Assembly (NCBI GenBank): GCA_011364975.1
Contig: RDOE01000004.1
Span: 3,316 to 67,315 of the forward strand
Source of the DNA: Promethearchaeota archaeon
GTDB taxonomy: Archaea > Asgardarchaeota > Lokiarchaeia > Sigyniarchaeales > SOKP01
Length of the DNA stretch: 64,000 nt
Reading direction: 5' to 3'
Part shown: piece by piece, positions 31,477-41,702 of the stretch
How positions within the stretch are numbered: the stretch's first letter is position 1
How the letters are laid out: each line of letters starts with the position of its first letter
Notes under the pieces: model-generated
The model's input: the letters and a program-made list of their open reading frames with translations, nothing else
The model's database searches: none
Told to the model about the DNA's origin: nothing
Program-made: the position numbers and the translations under genes

Positions 31477-31758
31477 TTATGTTTTAGCTTTTTTATTTTT
31501 TATTTCTTCCTTATTTAAGACGTAAATACACCAATCAGGACATCCAAATTCACATCTTCTACATGCAGTACAATAGTTAGCTTTTCCTTCTTTTACTCGA
31601 GGAATATAGGCAATTCGCATATTTAATTCATTACTGAGCTCTAAAATACCTGTGGGGCAAACGGAAATACACATTTGACATCCTCCACAGCGATCTTTAT
31701 TAAGAAATAATGTGAATTTCTTTTCTTCATTTTCCAATAATTTTGGAATTATCATCAA
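31477..31758 (-). CDS. 2-oxoacid:ferredoxin oxidoreductase, delta subunit (2x[4Fe-4S] ferredoxin).
   Basis: 93 aa. Motifs CGGCQMCISVCP and CTACRRCEFGCP. First gene of the delta-alpha-beta-gamma operon. Confidence 0.8.
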   Translation of the reverse strand: MMIIPKLLENEEKKFTLFLNKDRCGGCQMCISVCPTGILELSNELNMRIAYIPRVKEGKANYCTACRRCEFGCPDWCIYVLNKEEIKNKKAKT

Positions 31759-31895
31759 CTCAGTTAATACTTTAATAGGTTATTAAATATTTTAGATGTT
31801 ATAAATTTCAATTAATTTAATATTAAGTATTACCAGATATAAGCTTAAATAAAATAATATCAAATCTTTTTTTAAAACTACAACTTAATCTAACT

Positions 31896-32636
31896 ATGAC
31901 GAAATTAATCTTCTTAGGGTGCTTATCAAATTCAAGATATAAGGATACCTGTACCAATGCTATAAAGATTATCAAAACCATAGATTCAGATTACAATGTA
32001 ATCGAAAATACTCCTTGCTGTGGAGCGTTGGCATATAACACTGCAAATGAAGAAGATTTAGAAACTCATGTAAAATTCGTGAATGATTGGTTTAAATTAA
32101 ACAATGTTTCTAAAATTGTCACCATTTGCGCCGGGTGTTATAATTACCTTACTAAGTATTACCCTTTAATATTAGAGTCGGAATTTAATATAGACGTAAA
32201 ACATCTATTACAATTTATTTCAATTCCAGAGAATTTAAAGAAACTTAACCTAAGTTATGGTGATAAAAAAATTAAGGTAAGTTATCACGACGCATGTCAT
32301 TTAAGAAATGCAGTAAAACCTATTATTGAAGAACCTAGAACTATTTTAAACTCAGTTGAAAATATTGAAGTATTTGAGATGGAAAATAATAAAGAAAGTA
32401 GTATTTGTTGTGGAGCAGGGGGTGGAGTATATTCTATTTTTAAAGAAAACTCAGATTATAATTCAAAGTTAATATTCGATCAATCTAAGAGAGCTAAAGC
32501 TCTATTAACGGCTTGCCCTTTCTGTTATACTGCTTTGAAAAGAGTAAAAGAGGAAAATGATCTCAAAAATCCTATTATTAAAATCGAAGACTTTATTGTA
32601 AAATTAATGGAAGGAGTTGATCCTATTAATGAGTGA
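31896..32636 (+). CDS. lutA: LutA/GlpC/HdrB-like (Fe-S) oxidoreductase with two CCG domains.
   Basis: 246 aa. Motifs PCCGA, CAGCY, HDACHL, ICCGAGGG and CPFCY. Stop is TGA at 32634..32636. Confidence 0.7.
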   Translation: MTKLIFLGCLSNSRYKDTCTNAIKIIKTIDSDYNVIENTPCCGALAYNTANEEDLETHVKFVNDWFKLNNVSKIVTICAGCYNYLTKYYPLILESEFNIDVKHLLQFISIPENLKKLNLSYGDKKIKVSYHDACHLRNAVKPIIEEPRTILNSVENIEVFEMENNKESSICCGAGGGVYSIFKENSDYNSKLIFDQSKRAKALLTACPFCYTALKRVKEENDLKNPIIKIEDFIVKLMEGVDPINE

Positions 32637-33930
32637 AAAGGGAAAAGAATTATATGAAAAAGTTAAGAAAAATATCAATACCTTACAAACCGATGGTACA
32701 TTAGAAAAAAAATTCGGTGACTTTTGGAAATTTGCCTGTACAATTAAAACTCGGCAACACGATATGAGATATTTATATGAAGATACTAGTAGGGAATTTG
32801 TTGAGAGGTATAGGGAACGTTTGATAAAAATGAGGGAAGAATTTGTTGAGAATATGCAGGATTATGTGAAAAGATGCATTGATATTATGACGAAAAATAA
32901 TATGAAAGTACTCTATGCGAAAACAAATGAAGAAGCACAACAATTTTTTATGGAAGAATTAGGGGGTAGTAAGGTAATATATAAATCTAAATCTGTTGAG
33001 GCCAAAGATATTGGAATAATCGATTTTTTAGAAAAAAATGACATTGAAATAAAGGAAACGGATTTGGGCGATGTACTTGTTCAATTATTTGACTATAAAT
33101 TACCCAGCTTTCAGGTAGGCCCTGGAGCCCATTTTACAGAAAAGGAAATTGCCGATAAATTAAAAGAAGTATACGGTGTAGAACTCGAACCTAAGGCGAA
33201 AGATATTGTTGAATATTTCCGAAAGACTTATCGAATTGAACTATTGAATAAAATTAAAATATCTTTAACTTCTGCTAATGCAATCTCCGCTGAAGATGGG
33301 ACAATTGTGTTAGGTGAAAATGAAGGCAATATTAGCTTACTCACAAGAGCAACTGAAAAACATATTGTAGTGTGTGGGATAACTAAAATTGTTCCTACTC
33401 TGTTAGATGCTGTATTGGTGACTAAACTACAATCAAGAATTAACAATGTTTCCTTTAATTATATTAGTTTAATCTCAGGTCCCTCAAATACATCTGATAT
33501 TCAAGGAACAAGTGTTCAAGGAATGTATGGTGCTAAAGAGGTGGTTGTAATCCTTGTAGATGATTGGAGAACTAAAGCCTTGGAAGAGAATCTTCTGTTC
33601 AAGGAGTTTTTAAAATGTATCGGTTGTCGAACTTGTAATTATGTTTGTACTGCTTCTCGCGCATTTGGAAACATTTACGCTTCGAAATATGGTCTTGGCT
33701 CCACTGCGATAATACGAGATTATATACATAATGGCATTGAATCTGCTGTAGCTGATGGGTTATATCTTTGTACTAATTGTGAGAATTGTTATCATTGGTG
33801 TCCTATTTCACTGAACCTTGGTGAAATTATGAAATCTATGAAAAAAGAAGCGACGGAGAAGGGATTCTGTCCCCCACCTTTAAAAGAATATCAAGATAAA
33901 ATCCTTAAAGAGAAAAATCCATTCAAATAA
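32629..33930 (+). CDS. lutB: LutB-like protein (LUD/DUF162 domain plus 4Fe-4S dicluster).
   Basis: ATG at 32629 overlaps the lutA stop (ATGAGTGA). The ORF track starts 12 nt earlier at TTG 32617. Motifs CIGCRTCNYVC and CTNCENCYHWCP. Confidence 0.7.
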   Translation: MSEKGKELYEKVKKNINTLQTDGTLEKKFGDFWKFACTIKTRQHDMRYLYEDTSREFVERYRERLIKMREEFVENMQDYVKRCIDIMTKNNMKVLYAKTNEEAQQFFMEELGGSKVIYKSKSVEAKDIGIIDFLEKNDIEIKETDLGDVLVQLFDYKLPSFQVGPGAHFTEKEIADKLKEVYGVELEPKAKDIVEYFRKTYRIELLNKIKISLTSANAISAEDGTIVLGENEGNISLLTRATEKHIVVCGITKIVPTLLDAVLVTKLQSRINNVSFNYISLISGPSNTSDIQGTSVQGMYGAKEVVVILVDDWRTKALEENLLFKEFLKCIGCRTCNYVCTASRAFGNIYASKYGLGSTAIIRDYIHNGIESAVADGLYLCTNCENCYHWCPISLNLGEIMKSMKKEATEKGFCPPPLKEYQDKILKEKNPFK

Positions 33931-33942
33931 TTTAAGATTAAC

Positions 33943-35130
33943 CTATTTGCGATGCATATAATGAAACGGGTAAGTGGTATTTCTCCATATAGCTATATCA
34001 TTAAATCCTAATTTTTCTGCTTGTGTTTTTTGTCCATTCATAATGCTTTTGATTTTTACCCAGAGAACTTCTGCAAGCTCTTCAATAGACTTTTCGCCTT
34101 TTATGATTACACTAGCATCGATATCGATATTATTCCCCATCCATTCGCAGGTTTTTGGATTTCCGCATAATTTTATCACAGGTGCTACGGGATTTCCACA
34201 AGGACTACCTCTACCCGTTGTCATAAGTATAACCTGTGCTCCTGCTGCTGCTAAACCCGTCATAGATTCAATATCAAGTCCAGGTTCGTTCATTAAATGG
34301 AGACCATTAGATTTCGGTGCTTCTGAATATTCTAAAATTCCTTGAATAGGTGACTTCCCCGATTTTGCTATGTTTCCTAAGGACTTTTCTTCTATAGTTG
34401 ATAATCCCCCTTCAATATTTCCAGGTGTTGGTTGCACACCTAAAAAATCTATTCCTAAGCGTTTAAGATGTTCTATAAAGCCATAAATAGTAGCATAAAT
34501 TTTATCCGCGACATCTTTGTTTATCGCTCTTTTAACCAAAAGGTGTTCTGTTCCAATCCATTCAGTAAATTCAGGTAAAATAGAAGTTCCTCCTAATTCA
34601 ACGACTCTATCAGAAATTAATCCCACTGTAGGATTAGCTGAGATCCCCGAAATCGAATCAGAGCCTCCACATTCTAAACCAAGGACTAAATTAGAAAAAT
34701 CAAAGGATTCCCGTTTTAAAGTGTTTGCTTCTTCTCTCATTTGATTTCCAAGCTTTATTCCATGCTTGATTGCAGCAATTGATCCTCCCTTTAAATCCTG
34801 AACATCAAAGAATTCAACAGGTTTTTTTGATCTTTGGATATTTTTCGCAAGAACTCTACTTTTTAAATTTTCACAACCTAATCCAACAACGATAACTCCA
34901 TAGATGTTTGGATTACTCCCCAGTCCTACTAGAGTTCGAAGTGTATTATTATAGTCTGGTCCAAATTGCCCGCAGCCTAGAGGATGAGTGATTGCTACAG
35001 CATCATCAACCTTATTTGCAATTTGTTGAGTTATTTGATTGACACAAACTACTGAAGAAATAACTGCAATTTTATTCCTAATTCCTACTTTTCCTTTTGA
35101 TCTTTCATATCCAAGAAATTCTTCCTTCAT
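33943..35130 (-). CDS. UxaA-family hydro-lyase, large (C-terminal) subunit (altronate/galactarate dehydratase-like).
   Basis: 395 aa. Motifs LGCGQ, GLGCEN, LECGGSDS and TTGRGSP. Confidence 0.75.
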   Translation of the reverse strand: MKEEFLGYERSKGKVGIRNKIAVISSVVCVNQITQQIANKVDDAVAITHPLGCGQFGPDYNNTLRTLVGLGSNPNIYGVIVVGLGCENLKSRVLAKNIQRSKKPVEFFDVQDLKGGSIAAIKHGIKLGNQMREEANTLKRESFDFSNLVLGLECGGSDSISGISANPTVGLISDRVVELGGTSILPEFTEWIGTEHLLVKRAINKDVADKIYATIYGFIEHLKRLGIDFLGVQPTPGNIEGGLSTIEEKSLGNIAKSGKSPIQGILEYSEAPKSNGLHLMNEPGLDIESMTGLAAAGAQVILMTTGRGSPCGNPVAPVIKLCGNPKTCEWMGNNIDIDASVIIKGEKSIEELAEVLWVKIKSIMNGQKTQAEKLGFNDIAIWRNTTYPFHYMHRK

Positions 35131-35411
35131 AGGTTTAAAACCTCTTTCAAATAATGACTAATAATATTATGTGTATGAATCCAATCTCCAATCTTAATAT
35201 CTTCGGTAGCTATCCCTATTATTTCTCCATACTTTTTGATAAGGTCACTTTTATTAATGTTTTCCAAAGCAAATTTATGCCCTAACGGAATATTATGATT
35301 TAATTTAATTTTTCGATTCTCAAGTTCCAATTCTTCATTTTCTTCTAGATCTTCTAGAGTGGTTGCGCAATTGTCCTCTTGATGCATTATTATAAACTTC
35401 TTATTCTTCAA
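35127..35411 (-). CDS. UxaA-family hydro-lyase, small N-terminal SAF-domain subunit.
   Basis: 94 aa. Motifs DNCATTLEDL...IPLGHKFAL...GDWIHTHN. Overlaps the large-subunit gene by 4 nt. Confidence 0.7.
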   Translation of the reverse strand: MKNKKFIIMHQEDNCATTLEDLEENEELELENRKIKLNHNIPLGHKFALENINKSDLIKKYGEIIGIATEDIKIGDWIHTHNIISHYLKEVLNL

Positions 35412-35631
35412 TTATATCACTTTAAACGAATAATAATAATGAATCTAATTATGAAAATGTAATAAATCATTCTAACCTCATTAAATATAGAATAAAGTCA
35501 TAAGAAATCGATGAGATTCTGCGTACATAACGCAAAACTGCATGATATTAATTGATATGAAAACACAAATCTTAATCAAAAATGATATAAATTAAAGTAT
35601 AATCTACATTATAAAATCAAAAATTAAATAG

Positions 35632-37482
35632 ATGATCTATAAAATGGCAAATGGATATATGGGTAAAATTTTATGGGTAAACCTTACAGATGAAAGTTTT
35701 AAAGAAGAAGAATTATCAGAGAAGATTTATAGACAATATCTTGGAGGCTATGGTTTAGCTACTAAATTGATTTATCAAAATATGCCCGCAAAAATAGACG
35801 CGCTTTCTTCAGAATCAGTTTTTGGATTTTTTCCTGGATTATTAACTGGTACTGTAGCACCTTTATCAGGTCGTTTTATGGTTGCTGGGAAATCTCCATT
35901 AACCGGAACGTGGGGTGATTCAAACTGTGGGGGGTATTTTGGACCAGAAATAAAAAAGTGTGGGTATGATGCGATCTTAATAAAAGGAGCTGCAAAAACT
36001 CCCAAATACATCACTATTATAGATGATAAAAAGCAAATTTTAGATGCTAGTGATATATGGGGATTAGATGCAGTTCAGACGGAAGAGGCATTAAAAAGTA
36101 AGCATGGGAAGATTCAAGTTGCTAGTATTGGTCAATCTGGAGAGAATATATCACTAATCTCGGGAATAGTAAACGATAAAGCAAGAATAGCAGGAAGATC
36201 TGGTTTCGGAGCAGTAATGGGTTCCAAAAAATTAAAAGCTATCGTTCTTAAAGGGAATAAGACAGTTTCAAGTGCTGATAAAGAGTTATTACTTGAAAAG
36301 ACTAAAACTTATAATGAACAAATTAAAGCAGCAACTGCAGGTGCTGTTGAAGCTTGGAGAACTTTAGGTACTACCTTTGGAAATGTTGTATCTTTTCAAA
36401 TTGGAGATACTCCCTGTAAAAACTGGGGTGGTACTAAAGAAGATTTTCCCGAAGAAAAAGTTAACAAGATATCCGGAACAGAACTACTAAAATACAAAGA
36501 GAAATCCTATGGTTGTTTTTCTTGTCCAGTTCAATGTGGAGCGATTATGAAAATTCCTGAAGCAAATATAGATGAAACTCACAGACCAGAATATGAAACC
36601 TGTGCAAGCTTTGGGCATTTGCTATTAAATGATGATTTAAAGACCATCTTTATCGCAAATGACTTATGCAATAGAGCTGGATTGGATACTATATCAGCGG
36701 GTGCAACAATTGCCTTTGCTATTGAATGTTTTGAGAATGGAATAATTGGAGTAGATGATACAGAAGGCATAATGCTTAAATGGGGAAATTCAGATGCAAT
36801 TATCCAAATATTGAAAAAGATGATTGATCGAGAAGGTTTTGGTCATGTGTTAGCAGATGGAAGTAAAATTGCAGCAGAAAAAATTGGGAAAGGTAGTGAA
36901 AAATACGCGATCCAAGCTATGGGACAAGAATTGGGAATGCATTCTGCTAAATATTATAAAAGCATGGGTGCTGCTTTTGCGTTTGATCCTACTCCCGGAC
37001 GACATACTACTGCATGCTTGGACATGATCGCTGGAGGCCCCATTATTAAACCAGATGGATTATTTGAAGGCTTTACACTCCCAAAAAAATTCAAACGACC
37101 GGGAGAAGATCGAAGTGAGGCTGAAAAATTAATAGCAGGACTTTGGCAAAGCTTTAATAGTTTGGGTTTATGCGAATTCCTTGCATTTTTCCAACAATAT
37201 CCTTTAATTGCTTTCATCAAAGCAATTGTAGGATGGGATTTAACTATGGATGAGATTATTAAGATTGGATTAAGAATACAAAACTTACGACAAGCATTTA
37301 CTTTAAGAGAAGGAGTTAAAATAATAGAAAGTAAAATATCCGAACGAGCCGTAGAAATTGATTATTTAGCGGATTATAAAGGATATTGTGAAAAAATGGG
37401 ATGGAATCCCGATACTGGATATCCATTACAAGAAACCTTAAAAAATCTTGATCTGGAATTTATTCTAAAAGATTTATATTAA
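35632..37482 (+). CDS. aor: Tungsten-type aldehyde:ferredoxin oxidoreductase (AOR family).
   Basis: 616 aa. N-terminus GYMGKILWVNLTDESFKEEEL...YLGGYGLATKLIY and C-terminal YYDERG-like GWNPDTGYP. The real start may be the ATG 12 nt downstream (MANGY...). Confidence 0.85.
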   Translation: MIYKMANGYMGKILWVNLTDESFKEEELSEKIYRQYLGGYGLATKLIYQNMPAKIDALSSESVFGFFPGLLTGTVAPLSGRFMVAGKSPLTGTWGDSNCGGYFGPEIKKCGYDAILIKGAAKTPKYITIIDDKKQILDASDIWGLDAVQTEEALKSKHGKIQVASIGQSGENISLISGIVNDKARIAGRSGFGAVMGSKKLKAIVLKGNKTVSSADKELLLEKTKTYNEQIKAATAGAVEAWRTLGTTFGNVVSFQIGDTPCKNWGGTKEDFPEEKVNKISGTELLKYKEKSYGCFSCPVQCGAIMKIPEANIDETHRPEYETCASFGHLLLNDDLKTIFIANDLCNRAGLDTISAGATIAFAIECFENGIIGVDDTEGIMLKWGNSDAIIQILKKMIDREGFGHVLADGSKIAAEKIGKGSEKYAIQAMGQELGMHSAKYYKSMGAAFAFDPTPGRHTTACLDMIAGGPIIKPDGLFEGFTLPKKFKRPGEDRSEAEKLIAGLWQSFNSLGLCEFLAFFQQYPLIAFIKAIVGWDLTMDEIIKIGLRIQNLRQAFTLREGVKIIESKISERAVEIDYLADYKGYCEKMGWNPDTGYPLQETLKNLDLEFILKDLY

Positions 37483-37545
37483 TCTTTTTTTCTCTTTTTT
37501 ATGAAGCTAAACGGGATATAATAAAAAAAGAAAAAAAAAATTGAA

Positions 37546-37923
37546 TTATAATACCGCTATAGCACTTACTTCTCTTAACATAGTTTCAAGAGGTAAATTT
37601 GAAACTTCAAGTGTTGCACGAGCTGGAAATTTCTCAGTTACCCCATTACCCTCGAAAAATTCTTTATAACTTCGATTCATTTCACTAAAATCTTTTATAT
37701 TTTTCAAATAAACTGTGGTATTGACAATATTAGACATCTTTCCTCCAGCCGCTTCCACAATTTTTTTAATTTTTTCTAGAGTAGTAGTGGTCTGTTCTTT
37801 AATATCTATAGCCCCTTGAGCAGGCCCTTGACCAGATATAAATAATAGATTTCCTACTTTAATTCCGGGGGTATAGGGTCCCGCAACAGGAGTTCCGGGA
37901 TTAATAATTTCTGAATCTGTCAT
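37546..37923 (-). CDS. ridA: RidA/YjgF/UK114-family reactive-intermediate deaminase.
   Basis: 125 aa. Motifs LFISGQGP, VYLKNIKDFSEMN, PARATLEVSNLP. Confidence 0.85.
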   Translation of the reverse strand: MTDSEIINPGTPVAGPYTPGIKVGNLLFISGQGPAQGAIDIKEQTTTTLEKIKKIVEAAGGKMSNIVNTTVYLKNIKDFSEMNRSYKEFFEGNGVTEKFPARATLEVSNLPLETMLREVSAIAVL

Positions 37924-38057
37924 AATTGATTTTAATTCCTTCCACTTTTATACTATATTGAAGAAAATAAAGTAAAAAAGATATTAAATAAATCGAAAAA
38001 AATATTTGTTAGAATTCTTTTATAATTTTAATTTATTGAAATCAATTTTGTGATGAC

Positions 38058-39410
38058 ATGTCAAAGAAATTTACAACTAGTCCCATACGCGGAATGGAAG
38101 ATTATTATCCAGATGATTTGAGAGAAGAAAATTGGATAATAGAAATGATAAAGGACATTGCTGAACTATATAGTTATGAAGAATTTGAGAGTCCTCAATT
38201 AGAACCTATTGAAATTTTTGAAGCTAAATCTTCCGAGGAATTAGTCAATGAACAATCATTTATAGTGGAAAAAAAAGAAGGAGAAAGATTAATACTAATA
38301 CCAGAATTAACTCCTTCTTTAGCTCGTATGATCGCCGCGAAAAGTCAAGAGCTTAAAAAACCAATAAGATGGTTTTCAGTCCCAACATGCTTTCGTTATG
38401 AACGACCTCAAAGAGGTAGAAAAAGAAGCTTTAAACAGATAAATTTTGATATACTTGGTGAGGAGAGTCTCTATGGGGATTTAGAAATATTCAATATCAT
38501 AATTGATATCTTCTCTCAATTTGGAGCAACTTCTGATCAATATCAAATCTTTTTTAATAATCGACGGTTCATAGATTCTTTATGTGAAATGATTTTGAAA
38601 ATACCTAAAGATAAAATTCCATTAGTTTATAAAATCCTAGATAAAGCAGATAAAATGGAAGAGTCTGAATACGAAAAATACGTATTAGATCATTTTAAAG
38701 ATGAGATTATTATTCAAGGTATTTATAAATTAAAGGAAGCAGAAGACATAGATGACCTTTTAAATAATTTTGAAGATATCCCAAAAGAATTTTATAAATC
38801 GAAAGGTTATACTGAATTGATTTCATTTATAAAACTCCTAAAAGATGCAGATCTTTCAGAATATTGTACCTTTTCACCGAGTATCGTAAGAGGTCTAGAT
38901 TACTATACAGGAATTGTTTATGAGGTTTTTGATACGGGAGAAGCAAATAGAAGAAGTATCTTTGGAGGCGGGAGATATGATGATCTAATTTCCCTTTATT
39001 CAGAAGAAAAGATAACTGGAACCGGATTTGGATTAGGGGTGCTAATGTTGTCCCTTTTCCTAAAAACATATAATCTAATTCCAGAAGATATCCGAAAAAA
39101 GGATTATTCAGACACAGTATATATCGCTTGCATTAATAAAGATGTCTCATCTTATGCTTTAAAGCTTGCTAAAATAGTAAGAAACGAAGATTTTCCATGC
39201 ATTATTGATTATCGATTTAATAACCTTAAAAACCAATTAGCAAAAGCGAATGAATTAGGTGTGTTAATTAGTTTAATTATCGGTCCTAAAGAAATGGAAG
39301 ATAATGAAATAACCATAAAAGATATGAACTCAGAAAAACAGAAAACAATAAAGTTGGATAACTTGATTGACGAGATTTATAATATTATTGATGAAAATAA
39401 TGAAAGTTAA
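38058..39410 (+). CDS. hisS: Histidine--tRNA ligase.
   Basis: 450 aa. Class II motif 2 context FRYERPQRGRKRSF, HisRS-specific GGGRYD, and a C-terminal anticodon-binding domain. Confidence 0.85.
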   Translation: MSKKFTTSPIRGMEDYYPDDLREENWIIEMIKDIAELYSYEEFESPQLEPIEIFEAKSSEELVNEQSFIVEKKEGERLILIPELTPSLARMIAAKSQELKKPIRWFSVPTCFRYERPQRGRKRSFKQINFDILGEESLYGDLEIFNIIIDIFSQFGATSDQYQIFFNNRRFIDSLCEMILKIPKDKIPLVYKILDKADKMEESEYEKYVLDHFKDEIIIQGIYKLKEAEDIDDLLNNFEDIPKEFYKSKGYTELISFIKLLKDADLSEYCTFSPSIVRGLDYYTGIVYEVFDTGEANRRSIFGGGRYDDLISLYSEEKITGTGFGLGVLMLSLFLKTYNLIPEDIRKKDYSDTVYIACINKDVSSYALKLAKIVRNEDFPCIIDYRFNNLKNQLAKANELGVLISLIIGPKEMEDNEITIKDMNSEKQKTIKLDNLIDEIYNIIDENNES

Positions 39411-39457
39411 ATTATCGTATTCTCTGTTTTCTTGAAAGGGTTACATATACCATATAC

Positions 39458-39511
39458 AAAAAAGTAAGTACCTCATTAGAATCAAATTTCTTTCTTCTCC
39501 CTTACTTTTTT
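39458..39511 (+). repeat. 11-bp perfect inverted repeat ending in a T-run, 48 nt after the hisS stop. Possible terminator hairpin.
   Basis: AAAAAAGTAAG (39458..39468) and CTTACTTTTTT (39501..39511) are exact reverse complements. The loop is 32 nt, so stability as a hairpin is doubtful. Confidence 0.3.
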
Positions 39512-39611
39512 ATTATAACCATTAGATTTATATCGATTTAGATGTTTCGATGAACCATAAGTATCCATTTAGCTATATAACTCATTTAATGCGTAGCAAG
39601 GAATAATTATA

Positions 39612-41006
39612 TTGAATGACACTCAAAAGGCTATACGAAGCAAAACTAAGGTTAAGAGCAATCTTTTACCTGTAGAAGAGCGTATAAATAACTTTCAAGA
39701 AGTTAATTTAGGTTACCTCAATCTTGATGAAGTAATAGAAGAATGTAAACGTTGTTATCAATGTTTTAGTAAAAGTGATCCGAATGAAAGACCTCCACCA
39801 TGCATGAAATATTGTCCTACTCATTGTAATTCTCGCGATATTATAAAGAATGTTTTAGAAGGTAAAATTAATGAGGCTCTTAACATCATTTATAAGCATT
39901 ACCCGTTTCCTAGATGTGTAGAAAGGGTGTGCCCTGGTTATTGCCAACTCCATTGTACTGCCGGAAAGAAAGGTGATCCTATTCAAATACCCATTATAAA
40001 ACGATATTTAGTTGATCATTATGGTCCAAATGATGAATTTTTTAAAAGTGAACCATTGAAACTTAAAAAAGTGGCAGTAATAGGTTCTGGACCACTAGGT
40101 TTAACAACAGCTTATTTTTTAAAAAAAGCAGGGATTGAAGTTACAATTTTTGAAAAAATGGCTATTGTAGGTGGCATGCTTTACCTTGAAATTCCAGAAT
40201 TTAGATTACCTCGCACAGTATTAAATGAAGAAATAGAAAATTTAAAGAAATTAGGTATTGAAATAATTACTAATAAAGGAATAGACGAAAAACATTCTCT
40301 CGAAGAACTATTTCTATCAGGTTATAATATGGTGGTGATTGGAATTGGGACACATAAACCAAATTGGATGCAACTTCCAGGTGAAGATTCACAAATTATT
40401 CTCCAAGCAATTGAATTTCTAAAAGATTTTCATTTAACCAAAAACTTTCCCGATTTTGATGATAAGAAAGTGCTTGTGGTTGGAGGAGGAAGTACTGCTA
40501 CCGATGCTGCAAGAGTTGCAAAAAGGTTAGGTGCGGATGTTTCCATTTTATACCGCAGAGAAAAAGAACAGATGCCTGCAGGAAAAACTGAAATTGCTGA
40601 TTCGGAAGATGAGGGAATTATTATAAAATATTTAACTACTCCAATCGAGTTTGTTTGTATTGAAGAAGAATTTCAAGGTGCTGTTTGTAAGAGAATGGAG
40701 TTAGGAGAACCTGATTCCAGCGGTAAACCCATAGTAATACCACTTGAAGATTCCGAATTTAGAGAAGAAGCAGATTTTATTATTGAAGCTATTGGTCAAC
40801 GACCTGACTTGACCGGATTTGATACGAACAAGATTAAAGTTAGTGATAAAAGTACTATTATTGTTAATGAAGAATTTTATACTTCGGTTCCTAATGTCCT
40901 CGCGGGAGGAGATTGTGTTTCTGGTTCTAAAAGTGTAGTGGAAGCTGTAGCTCACGGAAAAATTATTGCAGATCAGATTATAAGCTACTTCTCGGATCAT
41001 AAATAA
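39612..41006 (+). CDS. GltD/SudA/NfnB-like NAD(P)H-dependent oxidoreductase (glutamate synthase small-subunit family).
   Basis: 464 aa. N-terminal Cys clusters (CKRCYQC, CPTHC, CPGYCQLHC), two Rossmann motifs (VAVIGSGPLGL, VLVVGGGSTATD), and the C-terminal motif AGGDCVSG. TTG start is uncertain. Confidence 0.75.
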   Translation: MNDTQKAIRSKTKVKSNLLPVEERINNFQEVNLGYLNLDEVIEECKRCYQCFSKSDPNERPPPCMKYCPTHCNSRDIIKNVLEGKINEALNIIYKHYPFPRCVERVCPGYCQLHCTAGKKGDPIQIPIIKRYLVDHYGPNDEFFKSEPLKLKKVAVIGSGPLGLTTAYFLKKAGIEVTIFEKMAIVGGMLYLEIPEFRLPRTVLNEEIENLKKLGIEIITNKGIDEKHSLEELFLSGYNMVVIGIGTHKPNWMQLPGEDSQIILQAIEFLKDFHLTKNFPDFDDKKVLVVGGGSTATDAARVAKRLGADVSILYRREKEQMPAGKTEIADSEDEGIIIKYLTTPIEFVCIEEEFQGAVCKRMELGEPDSSGKPIVIPLEDSEFREEADFIIEAIGQRPDLTGFDTNKIKVSDKSTIIVNEEFYTSVPNVLAGGDCVSGSKSVVEAVAHGKIIADQIISYFSDHK

Positions 41007-41120
41007 TTACAGATTCATAAATCCCAAAAATATTTTTAAAGAATTATATAGGTTTTTAAAATATTTCTTATTAATTTAACAGAGAGGAATTAGAAAATTT
41101 TTTGTAAATTTTGAAAAATA

Positions 41121-41702
41121 ATGGCATCAATTACTGCATTCAAAAAAGATTTGTCACCAAAACAACGTGAAGAACTACTTAGAGCATTGAAAGCCCGTTT
41201 TGAGAAAAATATGAACCGCCATAAAGGTCTTGAATGGGTTAAAGTACAAACAAAGCTGGAAGGTAATACTGAAAAACTGTGGTCACTCAATGAAATGGAA
41301 AGAACTGGTGGTGAACCAGATGTTGTTGGTCAAGATAAAAAGACGGGTGAATATATTTTTTATGATTGTTCAGCGGAAAGTCCTAAAGGGCGCAGAAATG
41401 TTTGTTACGACCGTGAAGGGCAGGAGGCGAGGGAAAAGAAAGGGGTCCATCCAGAAGGTAACGCTATTGATATGGCAGCTGCCATGGGCATTGAGCTTTT
41501 AACAGAAGAACAATATCGAGAGTTGCAGAAACTTGGAAATTTCGATATGAAGACATCGAGCTGGGTGAAAACACCTTCTGATATTAGAAAACTCGGCGGC
41601 GCCATCTTTGCTGATCGACGCTACGATCATGTCTTCGTGTATCATAATAGTGCGCCCTCTTTCTATAGCGTTAGGGGATTCCGTGGCTCGCTAAGAGTCT
41701 AA
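41121..41702 (+). CDS. DUF4256-family protein, a bacterial-type family. Compositionally foreign.
   Basis: 193 aa. The sequence (LWSLNEMERTGGEPDVVG...YIFYDCSAESPKGRR...SSWVKTPSDIRKLGGA...RGFRGSLRV) matches my recollection of DUF4256. G+C is visibly far above the flanks. Confidence 0.7.
   Translation: MASITAFKKDLSPKQREELLRALKARFEKNMNRHKGLEWVKVQTKLEGNTEKLWSLNEMERTGGEPDVVGQDKKTGEYIFYDCSAESPKGRRNVCYDREGQEAREKKGVHPEGNAIDMAAAMGIELLTEEQYRELQKLGNFDMKTSSWVKTPSDIRKLGGAIFADRRYDHVFVYHNSAPSFYSVRGFRGSLRV

Noticed and set aside
41090-41605. Three overlapping ORFs (41090..41290 minus, 41230..41502 plus, 41405..41605 minus) around the DUF4256 gene.
   Set aside because: They are by-products of the locally high G+C, which leaves fewer stop codons. 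Only the 41121..41702 frame gives a recognisable protein.
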